Of a stretch of 64,000 nt of DNA, positions 19,682 through 31,632 are shown piece after piece (positions within the stretch are counted from its first letter, which is position 1; each line of letters starts with the position of its first letter). Under the pieces are notes generated by a model. That model saw only the letters and a list, made by a program, of their open reading frames with translations, made no database searches and was not told the DNA's origin. The stretch comes from an uncultured cyanobacterium (GTDB lineage Bacteria; Cyanobacteriota; Cyanobacteriia; Cyanobacteriales; CAWUOF01), in the NCBI GenBank assembly GCA_963744145.1, contig CAVUSO010000001.1, positions 7,072,001 to 7,136,000 of the forward strand, read 5' to 3'. Made by a program: the position numbers and the translations under genes.

Positions 19682-20521
19682 ATGTCTAAGGTTGAACAAG
19701 AATTAATTAAAGTTGGAGAATTAGAATGGTTTTATCGAGAAGCACAGCCGATAGAAGCAACTGATCAACTACCAGTATTGCTGTTACATGGATTGCCATC
19801 TCAAAGTTATAGCTGGACTCAGATCATGCCGGACTTAGCTGATCAAGGATTTCGGGCGATCGCTCCCGATTGGATTGGTTTTGGCTTTTCGGGAAAACCA
19901 GAGTTATCCAATTTTGCCTATACTCCGGCAGCTTTTCTTTCTAGTTTATCAGATTTTATTGAAACTCTTAAGTTAGAAAAAGTTCACCTGGTTGTTCAAG
20001 GATATTTAGGCTCGGTAGGATTACAATATGCACTCCGAAATCCGGAAAAAATTGCCCGTTTAGCAATTTTAAATACTCCAGTTTCAACTACAGCTAAACT
20101 TCCCTGGATGATTAAACAAATGGGATTACCTTTGATCGGAGAAATGATGACGCAAGATCCTCTATTAGTTGATCGGACTTTAGAAAAAGGTAGTCGTTAT
20201 CAAATCTCTGATCAAGATTTAGATGTCTATCGCAAACCCTTTCTTAAAAGTTCTGCTTCCGGGCGATCGCTGTTAGCTACCATTCGTAATCTTCAACTCG
20301 AAGCAGCAATGGCAGAAATTGAATTTGGTTTACAACAGTGGAGTCAACCAACTTTAATTTTATGGGGAATATTAGACCCTTGGTTACCTATTTCTCAAGC
20401 TAATTTCCTAGCTAGTAAATTAACTAATGGGGAATTTGTGAAAATTCCCAAAGCAGGACACTACCCGCAAGAACATTGGTCAGAAAAAGTTAGTCATGCT
20501 CTGATTAACTTTCTGCGGTGA
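19682..20521 (+). CDS. Alpha/beta-fold hydrolase (haloalkane dehalogenase-like)
   Basis: LLLHGLPSQSYSW, IAPDWIGFGFSGKP, AGHYPQEH. Confidence 0.88.
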   Translation: MSKVEQELIKVGELEWFYREAQPIEATDQLPVLLLHGLPSQSYSWTQIMPDLADQGFRAIAPDWIGFGFSGKPELSNFAYTPAAFLSSLSDFIETLKLEKVHLVVQGYLGSVGLQYALRNPEKIARLAILNTPVSTTAKLPWMIKQMGLPLIGEMMTQDPLLVDRTLEKGSRYQISDQDLDVYRKPFLKSSASGRSLLATIRNLQLEAAMAEIEFGLQQWSQPTLILWGILDPWLPISQANFLASKLTNGEFVKIPKAGHYPQEHWSEKVSHALINFLR

Positions 20522-20568
20522 TGATTTTGACTGGGTAAGAATTGGTGGGAGTGAGCAATCGAAAATAT

Positions 20569-21756
20569 TTAACGAGAAGCTCTCACTAATAACACCATAC
20601 CCATAGCAAATCCCGACAGAGTTGGTAACCAACCAGACATCCAAGGTGGTAAAACATTACTTAAACCTAGTGCATCTCCCACGGACATTAATAAATAATA
20701 ACCAAAAATTACCAATACGCTAATCCCAAAACCAGTTGCTTTGGTAGTGCGTTGTGGTCTAGTTCCTAAAGCTGCACCAACTATTCCAAAAGCAACAGAA
20801 GCAAAAGGAATCGCATATTTTTGGTTAATCCGGATCATCAGTTTCCGAATCTTTTTCTCATCACCACTAACCCGAAGTAATTCTAATTGAGCTTGAGCTT
20901 GAGCAATATTCATTTCCGCATAATCACGGTTTTTACTAGCTAAATCCAAGGGGGTACGCGGAATTTGTAATTCTTGATGTTCAAATCGCATAATATTACG
21001 ATAAGAACCGTCAGGAGCAACAATATAAATTGTGCCATTAAAAAAATCCCAAGTATGTTCAGATTGATTCCATTCAGCACTTTCTGCGATCACAATTTGG
21101 TTAAGACCTGCTTGAGAACGATCTAGGATAGTCAATCCTTTCATAGTTTTACCATCAAACTGTTGAGCATAAAACAAACGGGAAAGCACAGATATTTTTT
21201 CACCATTTGCTTGTTTTACCTCGCGAAATTCGGGAACAATAATATTATTTTCCTGAAAGTCTTTTGTGTCTTCATTTAGTGCCCGATCTAAAGTGAGTCT
21301 AGCTTCATATTGAGCTGCGGGAACGATCGATTCATTTAAAACAAAAGTGGCTCCCGTGACCACAAGACTGACCATAAAAGCTGGTAGAATTAAACGGTAG
21401 ATACTAATTCCACAACTACGCAGAGCCACAATTTCACTATCGCTCGAAAGACGACTGTAAGCAATTAAGGTGGCGAGTAGCATCGCTGTCGGTAAGGAGA
21501 AAGCGACGAAATATGGTAGTTGTAAAAAGAAAACCTTGGTCGCGATCGCGATCGGCAATCCTGATTCTGTGATTTTTCGGACTAAGAAAAATAACGAACC
21601 GATCGCTACTCCCACCGAAGTAAAAGCCCCGACCCCAAAGAAAAATGGGCCAAATAACTCCAGCGCGAGATAACGATCCATAACTGAGATCGTAGGAATT
21701 AGCAACCATTGACGTGGAACTGGACGTTTGAAAGCTTTGGAAATACCTAAGCTCAT
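20569..21756 (-). CDS. LptF/LptG (YjgP/YjgQ) family permease
   Basis: MDRYLALEL, YSRLSSDSEIVALRSCGIS, GFGISVLVIFGYY. Confidence 0.9.
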   Translation of the reverse strand: MSLGISKAFKRPVPRQWLLIPTISVMDRYLALELFGPFFFGVGAFTSVGVAIGSLFFLVRKITESGLPIAIATKVFFLQLPYFVAFSLPTAMLLATLIAYSRLSSDSEIVALRSCGISIYRLILPAFMVSLVVTGATFVLNESIVPAAQYEARLTLDRALNEDTKDFQENNIIVPEFREVKQANGEKISVLSRLFYAQQFDGKTMKGLTILDRSQAGLNQIVIAESAEWNQSEHTWDFFNGTIYIVAPDGSYRNIMRFEHQELQIPRTPLDLASKNRDYAEMNIAQAQAQLELLRVSGDEKKIRKLMIRINQKYAIPFASVAFGIVGAALGTRPQRTTKATGFGISVLVIFGYYLLMSVGDALGLSNVLPPWMSGWLPTLSGFAMGMVLLVRASR

Positions 21757-21869
21757 GATGTGAATTTTAGATTTATGATTTTAGATTAAAGGTTAGCATA
21801 CTCAATCAAGACACTCATGATCAGTTAAATTTTGACTGGGAATTGCCCTTCTTCTGCTTGGTCGGTTAG

Positions 21870-22104
21870 ATTCAAAGAGTAATTGCAGAACATCAACTAA
21901 AATTGCTGATCTTTAATTCTGAACGAGAGGAGGTTGTTCTATGGAAGAATTGAATTATCGCGAAGTAGTACTTGGATTGAACAGGATGGTACAGAAATCG
22001 GAGTGAAGAATGAATTAGTAGAAGCTGGAGTTCCTAAGCAAGATATAGTTCTGGCATTTCAAGCCCCTTATAGACGGAAATTTACAGAGTTTGCTGTTGG
22101 TTAA
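21870..22104 (+). pseudogene. xisI: xisH 3' fragment and internally deleted xisI
   Basis: IQRVIAEHQLKLLIFNSEREEVVLWKN* (XisH-like C-terminus, stop 21953) overlaps MEELNYREVV (ATG 21941), then out-of-frame WIEQDGTEIGVKNELVEAGVPKQDIVLAFQAPYRRKFTEFAVG*. Confidence 0.8.
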
Positions 22105-22174
22105 ATTGGGATGCTTTTAGTTATGATTAGTTCACTGAACTGGATTAAACTATATATATTAAAATCCAATTCAA

Positions 22175-23818
22175 TTATCGTAAACGTCCGGAACGAATAA
22201 TACTCCAAATTAACCATAATCCTAAAAAACAAGCTGCTGCGAATAAAGCATTAATTAAAAACGATAATTGGACAGTTTGTGCTTTACTAGAAATAATTGC
22301 AGCTCCAATAATCAAAGAACCCACTACAATACTAAAAGACAGACGATTAGCTGAATCATCAACACTCCGACGTAAACCATCTACATCTTTAAGAGTAATA
22401 TTCCATCTTAAAGTTTCTGTCGTAATTCTTTCTAACAATAATTCTACTTGACGGGGTGATTGCAAAGATAGATTTTTGAGATCGATCGCAGTTCGCAAAA
22501 GTGCTTGAACTGGATCTTCTCCTAATAACTGTCGTCGAAATAAATCAGTCATTAAAGGCTTAATTTCTTCCAATAAATTCAAATCCGGATTAAAAGTTCG
22601 GGCAACACCTTCTAAATTCGCGATCGTCTTAGCATACAAACCCAAATTACTGGGAACTATAATTTTATTATTCCGAGCAGTGTGCAGCAATTCATAAAAT
22701 ACTTGAGCAAAATTCAGTTGGGATAGACTTAAATTATAATACTTCCTCAGCATCCTAGCATAATCATTTTCTAACTTAATTAAATTCACGGGCTGAGAAG
22801 ATTCCGCTAATTGTAAAGTTAACTGACTACAACGTTGAGCATCTAAATCAACGATCGCTAATAACATCTCAGTTAAAATCTGCTGGGTGCGTGGATCTAA
22901 ACGACCGACCATCCCACAATCTAGCAGTGCTAAACGACCATCATTCAGATAAAATATATTACCAGGATGGGGATCAGCATGAAAAAATCCATCAATATAA
23001 AACTGTTGAAAAAAAGCCCGACATAAAGTTGTAGTTAGCGATCGCTTTTCCGCATTCTTATCCCCATTAAACCCAACCCCTTGCACATCTGCTGCTAAAA
23101 TTTGGACTCCATCTAACCATTCCATTACTAACAACTTTTCCGTAGTTAATTCCCAATAGATTTCTGTAATTACCAATTTTTTGGGATCAAACCATTTACT
23201 GGTAGATAAATTAGATCGTAATTGATTACAGTAACGAGCTTCTTGAGTAAAATCTAACTCCGATCGCAATGCAGTTGCAAATTGGTCAGCAAGAGCTACA
23301 AAATCATAATCTTGTCCCGTTAGATTAACAATTTCTGCTAATCCTTTAATCAAAATAATATCTTGTTCAATAATTACATCAATTCCGGGACGCTGAACCT
23401 TTAAAGCAACTTCTTGACCTCCTTTGAGAGTAGCGCGATGGGTTTGAGCAATTGAACCTGCAGCAACAGGTCGATGATTTATTTTGGTAAAAGTTGCTTC
23501 TAAAGGTTGTTTGAGTTCTTTACGAATAATAGCTTCTACATCTTCCCAAGGAACTGGTGGTACTTCGGATTGTAGAGTAGATAATTCTTCAATATATTCC
23601 GATGGTAATACATCAGGACGGGTGCTTAATAACTGTCCTAATTTCACATAGACCGGACCTAAATCTACTAAAATATTGCGTAAGACAGCAGGTGGAGGTA
23701 ATTGTGGGGCACCTACTTTTCCCCCATTTAAAATTCCCCACATATAGTCCCAACCATTCCGGAAGACAATTTCCAGAATATCTTTCTGACGAGCAGCAGA
23801 TTGAGGTAAAGAAAACAT
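22175..23818 (-). CDS. ABC1/AarF/UbiB-family atypical kinase
   Basis: LGPVYVKLGQLLSTRPD, AAGSIAQTHRA, VALKVQRP, FFHADPHPGN, LLDCGMVG. Confidence 0.92.
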   Translation of the reverse strand: MFSLPQSAARQKDILEIVFRNGWDYMWGILNGGKVGAPQLPPPAVLRNILVDLGPVYVKLGQLLSTRPDVLPSEYIEELSTLQSEVPPVPWEDVEAIIRKELKQPLEATFTKINHRPVAAGSIAQTHRATLKGGQEVALKVQRPGIDVIIEQDIILIKGLAEIVNLTGQDYDFVALADQFATALRSELDFTQEARYCNQLRSNLSTSKWFDPKKLVITEIYWELTTEKLLVMEWLDGVQILAADVQGVGFNGDKNAEKRSLTTTLCRAFFQQFYIDGFFHADPHPGNIFYLNDGRLALLDCGMVGRLDPRTQQILTEMLLAIVDLDAQRCSQLTLQLAESSQPVNLIKLENDYARMLRKYYNLSLSQLNFAQVFYELLHTARNNKIIVPSNLGLYAKTIANLEGVARTFNPDLNLLEEIKPLMTDLFRRQLLGEDPVQALLRTAIDLKNLSLQSPRQVELLLERITTETLRWNITLKDVDGLRRSVDDSANRLSFSIVVGSLIIGAAIISSKAQTVQLSFLINALFAAACFLGLWLIWSIIRSGRLR

Positions 23819-23915
23819 AGTTAATAATTAATGGGGGGTCAAAAGTTAGAGCAATGAAAAAAACTAATCAGCCATTAAAATGGTGAAAAGTTATTCATAA
23901 ATTTGGATCTTTTTT

Positions 23916-24977
23916 TTACAGCAAATCTTGAAATTTGGGATTTTCTTGGATAGATTTTAGGACTTGCTTAATTTCCTGAGTACGATCTTTTTTGACAATT
24001 AGAGTCACTTGGCGATCGCGAACAATTACCACATCATCTAGTCCAATTGTCACAATCAATTCAGCGTCGCTACTGTTATAAACAATCGTCCCCTTAGTAT
24101 CCAATCCCAGATGATTACCTAATTCAACATTAATCTGATCTCCCTTTAATAACCGTTCGATCGCATTCCAGTCACCTAAATCATCCCAACCAAAATCTGC
24201 TGGTAATACAGTTGCGAGTTGAGTTTTTTCCATTAAAGCATAGTCAATACTTTTTTTGGATAATAGGGGATAAGCATCCACTCCTTTTTCCCTTAAAGGA
24301 TTAATAATCTCCGGTGCATGAGTAGAGAGTTCTTTCAGAACGACTCCAGCCCGAAACACAAACATTCCACTATTCCAACTGTAACGACCAGTTGCTAAAA
24401 ATCCTTTTGCTGTTTCTTGATCAGGCTTTTCCGTAAACCGATTTACTTGATACACTGGTAATTCTCCAAAATTACCAATTTGGTTTCCTTGCTCAATATA
24501 ACCATAACCTGTAGATGGGAAATTTGGTTTTACTCCTAAAGTGACGATCGCTTCTTTAGCTCTAGCCAAATCAATTGCAGATTGAATAGTCTTTTCAAAA
24601 GCTGCTTCATCACCAATCCAATGATCAGCCGGAAAAAATCCAATTACAGCCTGATCACCATAGATTTTAGCAATTTCTAAAGTGGTCCAGGCTACAGCTC
24701 GACCCGTATCTCGTCCTTCTGGTTCTACTAATAAATTGCTCAGTGGTAATTGCGGTAATTGTTCTTGTACTCCTGGCGCTAATTGACCAGAAGTTATTAC
24801 CCATAACCCTGTTTCACCTCCAGCCAAATTCAAAAGTCTTTGCGCTGTAGCTTGGAGCAAACTTTGACCACTTCCATCTAAACTTAAAAATTGTTTAGGA
24901 CGACTTTTCCGACTCAGTGGCCAAAAGCGTTCTCCTTTGCCACCAGCGAGAATAACAGGTAGGAATGAGTTAGTCAT
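23916..24977 (-). CDS. manC: Mannose-1-phosphate guanylyltransferase
   Basis: VILAGGKGERFWPLSRKSRPKQFL, PADH, FTEKPD, WNSGMF, SIDYALMEK, GWDDLGDW. Confidence 0.92.
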   Translation of the reverse strand: MTNSFLPVILAGGKGERFWPLSRKSRPKQFLSLDGSGQSLLQATAQRLLNLAGGETGLWVITSGQLAPGVQEQLPQLPLSNLLVEPEGRDTGRAVAWTTLEIAKIYGDQAVIGFFPADHWIGDEAAFEKTIQSAIDLARAKEAIVTLGVKPNFPSTGYGYIEQGNQIGNFGELPVYQVNRFTEKPDQETAKGFLATGRYSWNSGMFVFRAGVVLKELSTHAPEIINPLREKGVDAYPLLSKKSIDYALMEKTQLATVLPADFGWDDLGDWNAIERLLKGDQINVELGNHLGLDTKGTIVYNSSDAELIVTIGLDDVVIVRDRQVTLIVKKDRTQEIKQVLKSIQENPKFQDLL

Positions 24978-25500
24978 TATCCAAATCCAGAATCTAGTTG
25001 ATAATTTCCGAAAATCCGCTATTTAAAAATTTTCCCAAAAAAAAGCCGGCTGCTCCTGATGTTGGTCAACTGCGATCGAACAGTTGCTAACACCGACAAA
25101 CATGGGATTATCCTGATTAATAGCAAATTTAGATCAAATATGTCACAAATATATTTAGGTATATCGTGGTCTTAAAGCCATTTTTTCGATAATGATCAAA
25201 ATATTTTGAGTAAGGCCAATCAGACTAAAGGCCAATCACGGACTTCACGCATTAATTAAGTAGATTCATTGTATCTGATCAGCAATCTTAGTAAGTATGC
25301 AGGGGCAGGTTCATTCTGATCTTGGCTAAGGACTTACTAAATTATCTAAACCTGCCCCATGAGGTTCACCCTGAACTTGACTGATTATCCACTAATTATC
25401 TAAACCTATTCTAGGCTAATCAATGAATAAGGTGGCATTTCATTGTCAATTGGTATTACCTTCCGTTTAATTTGCAGTTTGGCTTGGTTCTTAATAATTC

Positions 25501-26247
25501 TTAATGGGTGATGCCCAGGGGTTGGGCGATCCAGCTCATCACATCATTTAATATCGCTTGATAGCCTGCTACATTGGGATGTAGTCCATCTCCACTCAAA
25601 CGCGATCGCCGCCAATCGCTACTCCGATTCATCCATAAATCAAAAATATCTAAGTAAGGTATTTGATACCTCAAACAAGCCTGCCGACTGGCTTCTTTAT
25701 ATTTATACTGATCCTCATGGTTGAAGTAAAAATGATCCAAAAATGGCATTTTTTCCTCATCTACAGGCACCATCCCTACATAGAAAACTGGGCATAAGCG
25801 TCGGGCTTGGTGCAGTAAGTTGTCTAATTCCAGTTTAAATGTTTCAAAATCCGTGTAATTACGTCCATTTGGTCGAGTGATTCTAGGAGAATCGTTTACT
25901 CCCACCGATAAAATAATCGCATCTGGGACTCGGTTGCGTAATTCCCCTCGATGACGAAACTCATTTTCTAGTCGTTCTGTGACCTGACTCACACGATCGC
26001 CTCTTACTCCTAGGTTATATAGAATATGACCAGGACTATCTGGCGACATCAAGAGTCTTCTTAATCTTTCTACCCAACCACCACCTTCGTGATCGCCAAA
26101 ACCATACACTAAACTATCTCCTAAAGCGATTAGCTTCAAGGGATGACCCTTAGTTTGATTGAGCCCAGGCAAAGAGGATGCTATCAGTGTAGGCATAATC
26201 ATTATTTTCCGGCTAAATACTTTAAGTAATATTAACATATATATCAA
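25501..26247 (-). CDS. GDSL/SGNH-family lipase/esterase
   Basis: ALGDSLVYG, NLGVRGD, GVND, DGLHPN blocks. Confidence 0.9.
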   Translation of the reverse strand: MIYMLILLKVFSRKIMIMPTLIASSLPGLNQTKGHPLKLIALGDSLVYGFGDHEGGGWVERLRRLLMSPDSPGHILYNLGVRGDRVSQVTERLENEFRHRGELRNRVPDAIILSVGVNDSPRITRPNGRNYTDFETFKLELDNLLHQARRLCPVFYVGMVPVDEEKMPFLDHFYFNHEDQYKYKEASRQACLRYQIPYLDIFDLWMNRSSDWRRSRLSGDGLHPNVAGYQAILNDVMSWIAQPLGITH

Positions 26248-26374
26248 TGTCTACACAATAGGGCCAAGGTAATATATGATGATTAGTAGACAATTCATCA
26301 AGAAAGTCATTGTATTTACCTAAGTAAAAGGGATAGAAAGAGTATTTATGACTATGCGAAAACTTTCCATTTCC

Positions 26375-26602
26375 ATGCCAAAGCGGACTCAAATAGATCC
26401 AAATCAATTAATGCGTCGTGCTGAAGATTTAATTAATGGTGCGTCAAATCGCTATCGGATTACAGTCCAAGTCGCAAATCGAGCCAAACGTCGTCGCTAT
26501 GAAGATTTTGATAGTATGGATGACCCAATTATGAAACCTGTGATGCGGGCAATTATTGAAATGTCCGATGAAATGATGCAGGATGATATTATTGGCGATT
26601 AA
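26375..26602 (+). CDS. rpoZ: RNA polymerase omega subunit (Ycf61)
   Basis: [20 protein letters not shown]...[13 protein letters not shown]; start taken at MPKRTQ. Confidence 0.92.
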   Translation: MPKRTQIDPNQLMRRAEDLINGASNRYRITVQVANRAKRRRYEDFDSMDDPIMKPVMRAIIEMSDEMMQDDIIGD

Positions 26603-26609
26603 TTTCTAT

Positions 26610-26639
26610 GTAGTAATGGTCTTGAAAATCCATTACTAC
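26610..26639 (+). terminator. Hairpin downstream of rpoZ
   Basis: GTAGTAATGG-N10-CCATTACTAC 10-bp inverted repeat; no clear U-tract. Confidence 0.45.
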
Positions 26640-26682
26640 TGATAAAAAATTGATCATTATATAGCTAAATCAACTATTAGCA

Positions 26683-27345
26683 ATGAACAAAAAACGTTGG
26701 CAAGTGATGAAGTTTTTAGCGATCGCCTTGACTGTATTAGTTTTTATTGTTGGGGGCATGGGTGGAAAAATCGGCTCAAATCAAGTAAAGGTGATCGCTG
26801 CTGAGGAAATCGAAAATACTTCTGAGCCAGTTAGTCAGCCACCTAATAACCAATCTAGACCCCAAGAAGTATGGAAGATCGTCTATCAACGTTTGCCCAA
26901 GTTACCTCCAGAAAATAACTATATTGATAAAGAAACTGGAAAAGCTGCTCCAGAAAATACTCTGATCAGTCGTCTCATCCGCTATCACGTCTTTGTCAAA
27001 GGACGTTCTACTCTTTACCGAATTGATTGGCAATTGACGATCGCGGATTATCTCGGAGCTAATCAACCCATTGAATCAGGAACCTATCCAGGTCACGACA
27101 TCTTAAACAAAAATCCCACAGAATCTGATCTAGCAGCGATGAAAACCTTGACTCGCAAGCAAAGGGCTGAACTGGTCGATACTCTAGTCAGCATTTTTAA
27201 TCCGAATTCTCCTGAACTAGTTGACCCAAACTCAACCCAAACAAAACCTATTAACCCATCTCCATCTGCACCAACATCTTCAGAAACACCTAACACCCCA
27301 CCACCATTACCTCAACCAGGAGATGCAGATTTACTGAAGCCCTAA
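26683..27345 (+). CDS. Conserved cyanobacterial exported hypothetical protein
   Basis: Signal-like N-terminus; VYQRLP.LP.EN.Y, TL.SRLIRYH..VKGR, R.DW.LT.ADYLG motifs. Confidence 0.7.
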   Translation: MNKKRWQVMKFLAIALTVLVFIVGGMGGKIGSNQVKVIAAEEIENTSEPVSQPPNNQSRPQEVWKIVYQRLPKLPPENNYIDKETGKAAPENTLISRLIRYHVFVKGRSTLYRIDWQLTIADYLGANQPIESGTYPGHDILNKNPTESDLAAMKTLTRKQRAELVDTLVSIFNPNSPELVDPNSTQTKPINPSPSAPTSSETPNTPPPLPQPGDADLLKP

Positions 27346-27347
27346 TA

Positions 27348-27713
27348 ATGAACCGAATAATTAAAAGTGGACCAGGTTGGCGTTTGGGTTGGCATCCTGA
27401 AGCTCCTGAATTTCCTGGTTTAGTGGGTGGTGATGATTGGGCGATCGAACTTACTGCCCCAGAGTTAGATGATTTTTGTCGTTTATTGGTGCAATTAGCA
27501 ACCACCATCAGTCAGATCAGTTCGGAATTAATGGAGGAAGAAAAAATCGCCTGTGAAGCTGAAAGTGATTTAGTTTGGTTAGAAGTAGAGGGTGATCCAT
27601 CGGCTTACCATCTGCATTTAATCGTCAATAAGGGACGGAGAGTGGAAGTAACTTGGCCATCGATCGTCGTGCCAGAATTAATTCAAGCAATTCAGTTGCT
27701 AAAAGTGTTTTAA
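27348..27713 (+). CDS. DUF1818-family protein
   Basis: KSGPGWRLGW.P....F.GLVGGDDWAIELT..E..DFCRL. Confidence 0.8.
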   Translation: MNRIIKSGPGWRLGWHPEAPEFPGLVGGDDWAIELTAPELDDFCRLLVQLATTISQISSELMEEEKIACEAESDLVWLEVEGDPSAYHLHLIVNKGRRVEVTWPSIVVPELIQAIQLLKVF

Positions 27714-27748
27714 TTTTCAGATCAGTATGTTATGATAAAAATCTGTGT

Positions 27749-27822
27749 CGGGGCGTAGCGCAGCTTGGTAGCGCACCACTTTGGGGTAGTGGGGGTCGTG
27801 GGTTCGAATCCCGCCGCTCCGA
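27749..27822 (+). tRNA. tRNA-Pro(GGG)
   Basis: Cloverleaf CGGGGCG..., anticodon arm CCACT-TTGGGGT-AGTGG, T-arm GTGGG-TTCGAAT-CCCGC; CCA not encoded. Confidence 0.97.
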
Positions 27823-27884
27823 TTGATCAAAAAAAAGGCCAAGAAGATAGGGGCATTTTCTGACCACTGAAGAAAATGCTCATA

Positions 27885-29030
27885 CTACTCAGTTGAAGCC
27901 AGCATTTTACTTTTCTGATTAGCTTCGAGTTCCTGAAGATAATTAAACTTGCCATGACGGAAAGTGAAAACTAAAGCATTTAAAACCTCCATATCCATCA
28001 AAAATGCGTCGTGACCGTGGGGTGAATGTAACCAGGTTAGTTCAGAATTGGGAATAAACGCAGCGATTTCTTGTTGTTCTGGGGGTGGATAAAGTAGATC
28101 GGAGTCAATCGAAACTACTAAAGTGGGTTGGAAAATACTCCGAAGTGCTGTTTCATAGTCTCCCCTGTCTCTACCTACATCATGAGAATCCATTGCTTGA
28201 GTCAACCGAATATAGCTATTAGCATCAAAGCGATCGACCAACTTTTGACCTTGATGCTGCATATAGTTAGTGATCGCAAATTTACCATCAGCTTGTTGAT
28301 TTCTGCCAAATTTTTCTTGGAAACTAAACCAACTCCGATAGGTACTTAGAGCTATCATCCTAGCTGCGGCTAATCCTTTTGTGGGTGGTTGTTCTAGGTG
28401 ATAATTACCATCTTGCCAATTCGGATCAGCATAAATTGCTTGACGTTGAGCTTCACTTAAGCCAATACACCAACTAGAATGACGCGTAGAAGTAGCAATA
28501 ACCGCGATCGTTTCGACCAGCTCTGGATACATTAAAGCCCATTCTAGCACCTGCATTCCACCCAAAGAACCACCTATTACTAATTTCAGTCGTTTAATCC
28601 CTAACTGATTAACTAAAGCAAATTGCACCCGCACCATATCACGAATAGTAATCAAGGGAAAATCTGATTGATAGGTCGATCCAGTCGCAGGATTAATCGA
28701 TATCGGTCCAGTCGTCCCATAACAACTACCTAACACATTACTACAAACAATAAAATCCTGGTCTGGATCAAACGATCGCCCTATACCAAATAGAGGTTTC
28801 CACCAATCATCTGCATCGGAAGATCCCGTGAGAGCATGACAGATCATCACCGCATTGTCACCAGTTGCATTTAATTTTCCCCAGGTGCGATAAGCTACTT
28901 CTACCTGAGTTAGCAGAGATTTTGATTCCAACAAAATTGGTTCAGGAAGTTGACAAAAATGGGTTTTGTGGGAAATAAAAAAATTATAATTCATCGCTTT
29001 ACTTACGCGATCGCTTTGACCCAGTACCAC
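27885..29030 (-). CDS. metX: Homoserine O-acetyltransferase
   Basis: ICHALTGSS, CSNVLGSCYGTTGP, IGGSLGGMQVLEW, HGHDAFL. Confidence 0.92.
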   Translation of the reverse strand: MVLGQSDRVSKAMNYNFFISHKTHFCQLPEPILLESKSLLTQVEVAYRTWGKLNATGDNAVMICHALTGSSDADDWWKPLFGIGRSFDPDQDFIVCSNVLGSCYGTTGPISINPATGSTYQSDFPLITIRDMVRVQFALVNQLGIKRLKLVIGGSLGGMQVLEWALMYPELVETIAVIATSTRHSSWCIGLSEAQRQAIYADPNWQDGNYHLEQPPTKGLAAARMIALSTYRSWFSFQEKFGRNQQADGKFAITNYMQHQGQKLVDRFDANSYIRLTQAMDSHDVGRDRGDYETALRSIFQPTLVVSIDSDLLYPPPEQQEIAAFIPNSELTWLHSPHGHDAFLMDMEVLNALVFTFRHGKFNYLQELEANQKSKMLASTE

Positions 29031-29198
29031 TACTGATAGTAAGTGTAGAACTTGCTAATAACCATCAGATCTGATCTCAGGGACTAATCGCATCCTCCAA
29101 AAAAACAACAACAAACAATTCCCTGATTTTGCCATTGGATGCAAGCAAGATGCTCGCATTCCTAGGACTAACAAAAATCAGATCATACCGCTCAATTT

Positions 29199-30518
<1,320 letters not shown>

Positions 30519-30770
30519 TTAAGCTTCCTCAATTTTTTTGCTACGATCGATAAATCCATTTACTTGGGCTACCTAAAAGATCAAAAATCCGGGTATGGGA
30601 ACCATTATACACCTAAAACTCTATCGGGAAACCGTAGATTCAAAATTTTATTTTGGCAAGATGTCTAAGTCAGATGGCCCAAGAAACTGATTTGCTGATC
30701 GATCAAGTAAGTATAGGAAAAAATGATGACTATTAACTTTAACAAAATGTAAACTATTTGCTGGTGATTA

Positions 30771-30897
30771 GCGATCGCATTGATGGAGCATGATTAGTGC
30801 GATCGCGTTGGGTGAGGATAATTCGGGCGATCGCATTGATGGAGGATAATTTGGGCGATCGCGTTGATGGAACATAATTTGGGCGATCGCGTTGGGT
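30771..30897. repeat. Tandem array of 28-bp units, each carrying a HIP1 site (5 copies)
   Basis: GCGATCGC(A/G)TTG(AT/GG)..G.AT.ATT.G. repeated with about 28-bp period. Confidence 0.8.
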
Positions 30898-31530
30898 GAT
30901 AATTCAATCCGGATCAATTAAGATTTTTTTGGGAGATCCGGGCAAAGAAGGGCGAAGCATTCGGGTATAATATTATTCGTTGTCAGCGATAATTTTTCGC
31001 CCGAATGCTTCGCCCCTACAGGGAAATACAGGAAACTATGCTGATTTATTATTGTTCGTTACGGCGATCGCGAATTATTAAATATTTTGAGGTTACAATC
31101 GAGAACAAATCCTCGAACTATTTCGGTTAATCGATTGGATGATGGTGTTGCCCCCAGGATTGGAACAAGACTTTCGTGTTGAATATAAACGTTACCAGGA
31201 GGAACAGAAAATGCCTTATATTACCAGTATTGAACGTTTGGCAAAGGAAGAAGGAAAAGAAGAAGGAAGAACCGAAGAAAGATTAGTAACAACTCGTCAG
31301 CATATCATTGCTATCTTGACGATGAGGTTTGGGCAAGTGCCTGAATCATTAACGTCAAAGATTAATCAAATTGAAGATTTAGCTCAACTAGAACAACTTC
31401 ACTTAAAAACTGTTACTATCCTTTCTCTGGCTGATTTTGAACAAGAAATCTCTTCTAATTCTTAGAGATTAGATTTGCTCTGGCTACTCGCGATCGCACT
31501 TTCTAAATCAGATCATTAACTCTGAAGCAA
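30885..31530 (+). repeat. Deleted duplicate of the 34039-35315 segment (REP pair + 3' part of Rpn-like gene)
   Basis: 30885-31081 matches about 34039-34246 and 31092-31525 matches about 34890-35315; the 5' two-thirds of the gene is missing in this copy. Confidence 0.85.
31211..31465 (+). CDS. Stand-alone C-terminal domain of Rpn-like protein (truncated paralog; own RBS)
   Basis: MPYITSIERLAKEEGKEEGR... preceded by AGGAGG (31197-31202); near-identical to the C-terminus of 34290-35252. Confidence 0.6.
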   Translation: MPYITSIERLAKEEGKEEGRTEERLVTTRQHIIAILTMRFGQVPESLTSKINQIEDLAQLEQLHLKTVTILSLADFEQEISSNS

Positions 31531-31632
31531 GATGCGATCGGTATTTGGGGCAATCACAGGTAGATTACTCCTCCAAATTGTGTGGTTTGTTAATAGCATC
31601 CATGAGCGGGGTTTGAGAGCTAGTACAGAATT

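Noticed and set aside
27749..27884. tRNA-Pro as integration site of a genomic island
   Set aside because: No integrase nearby and no duplicated tRNA 3' end seen in the window.
30519..30770. SAM riboswitch upstream of metY-metX
   Set aside because: No recognisable SAM-I core motifs or terminator/antiterminator could be identified by eye.
30771..30897. Mini-CRISPR-like array
   Set aside because: The constant part is only the 8-bp HIP1 site and the spacers are related to each other.
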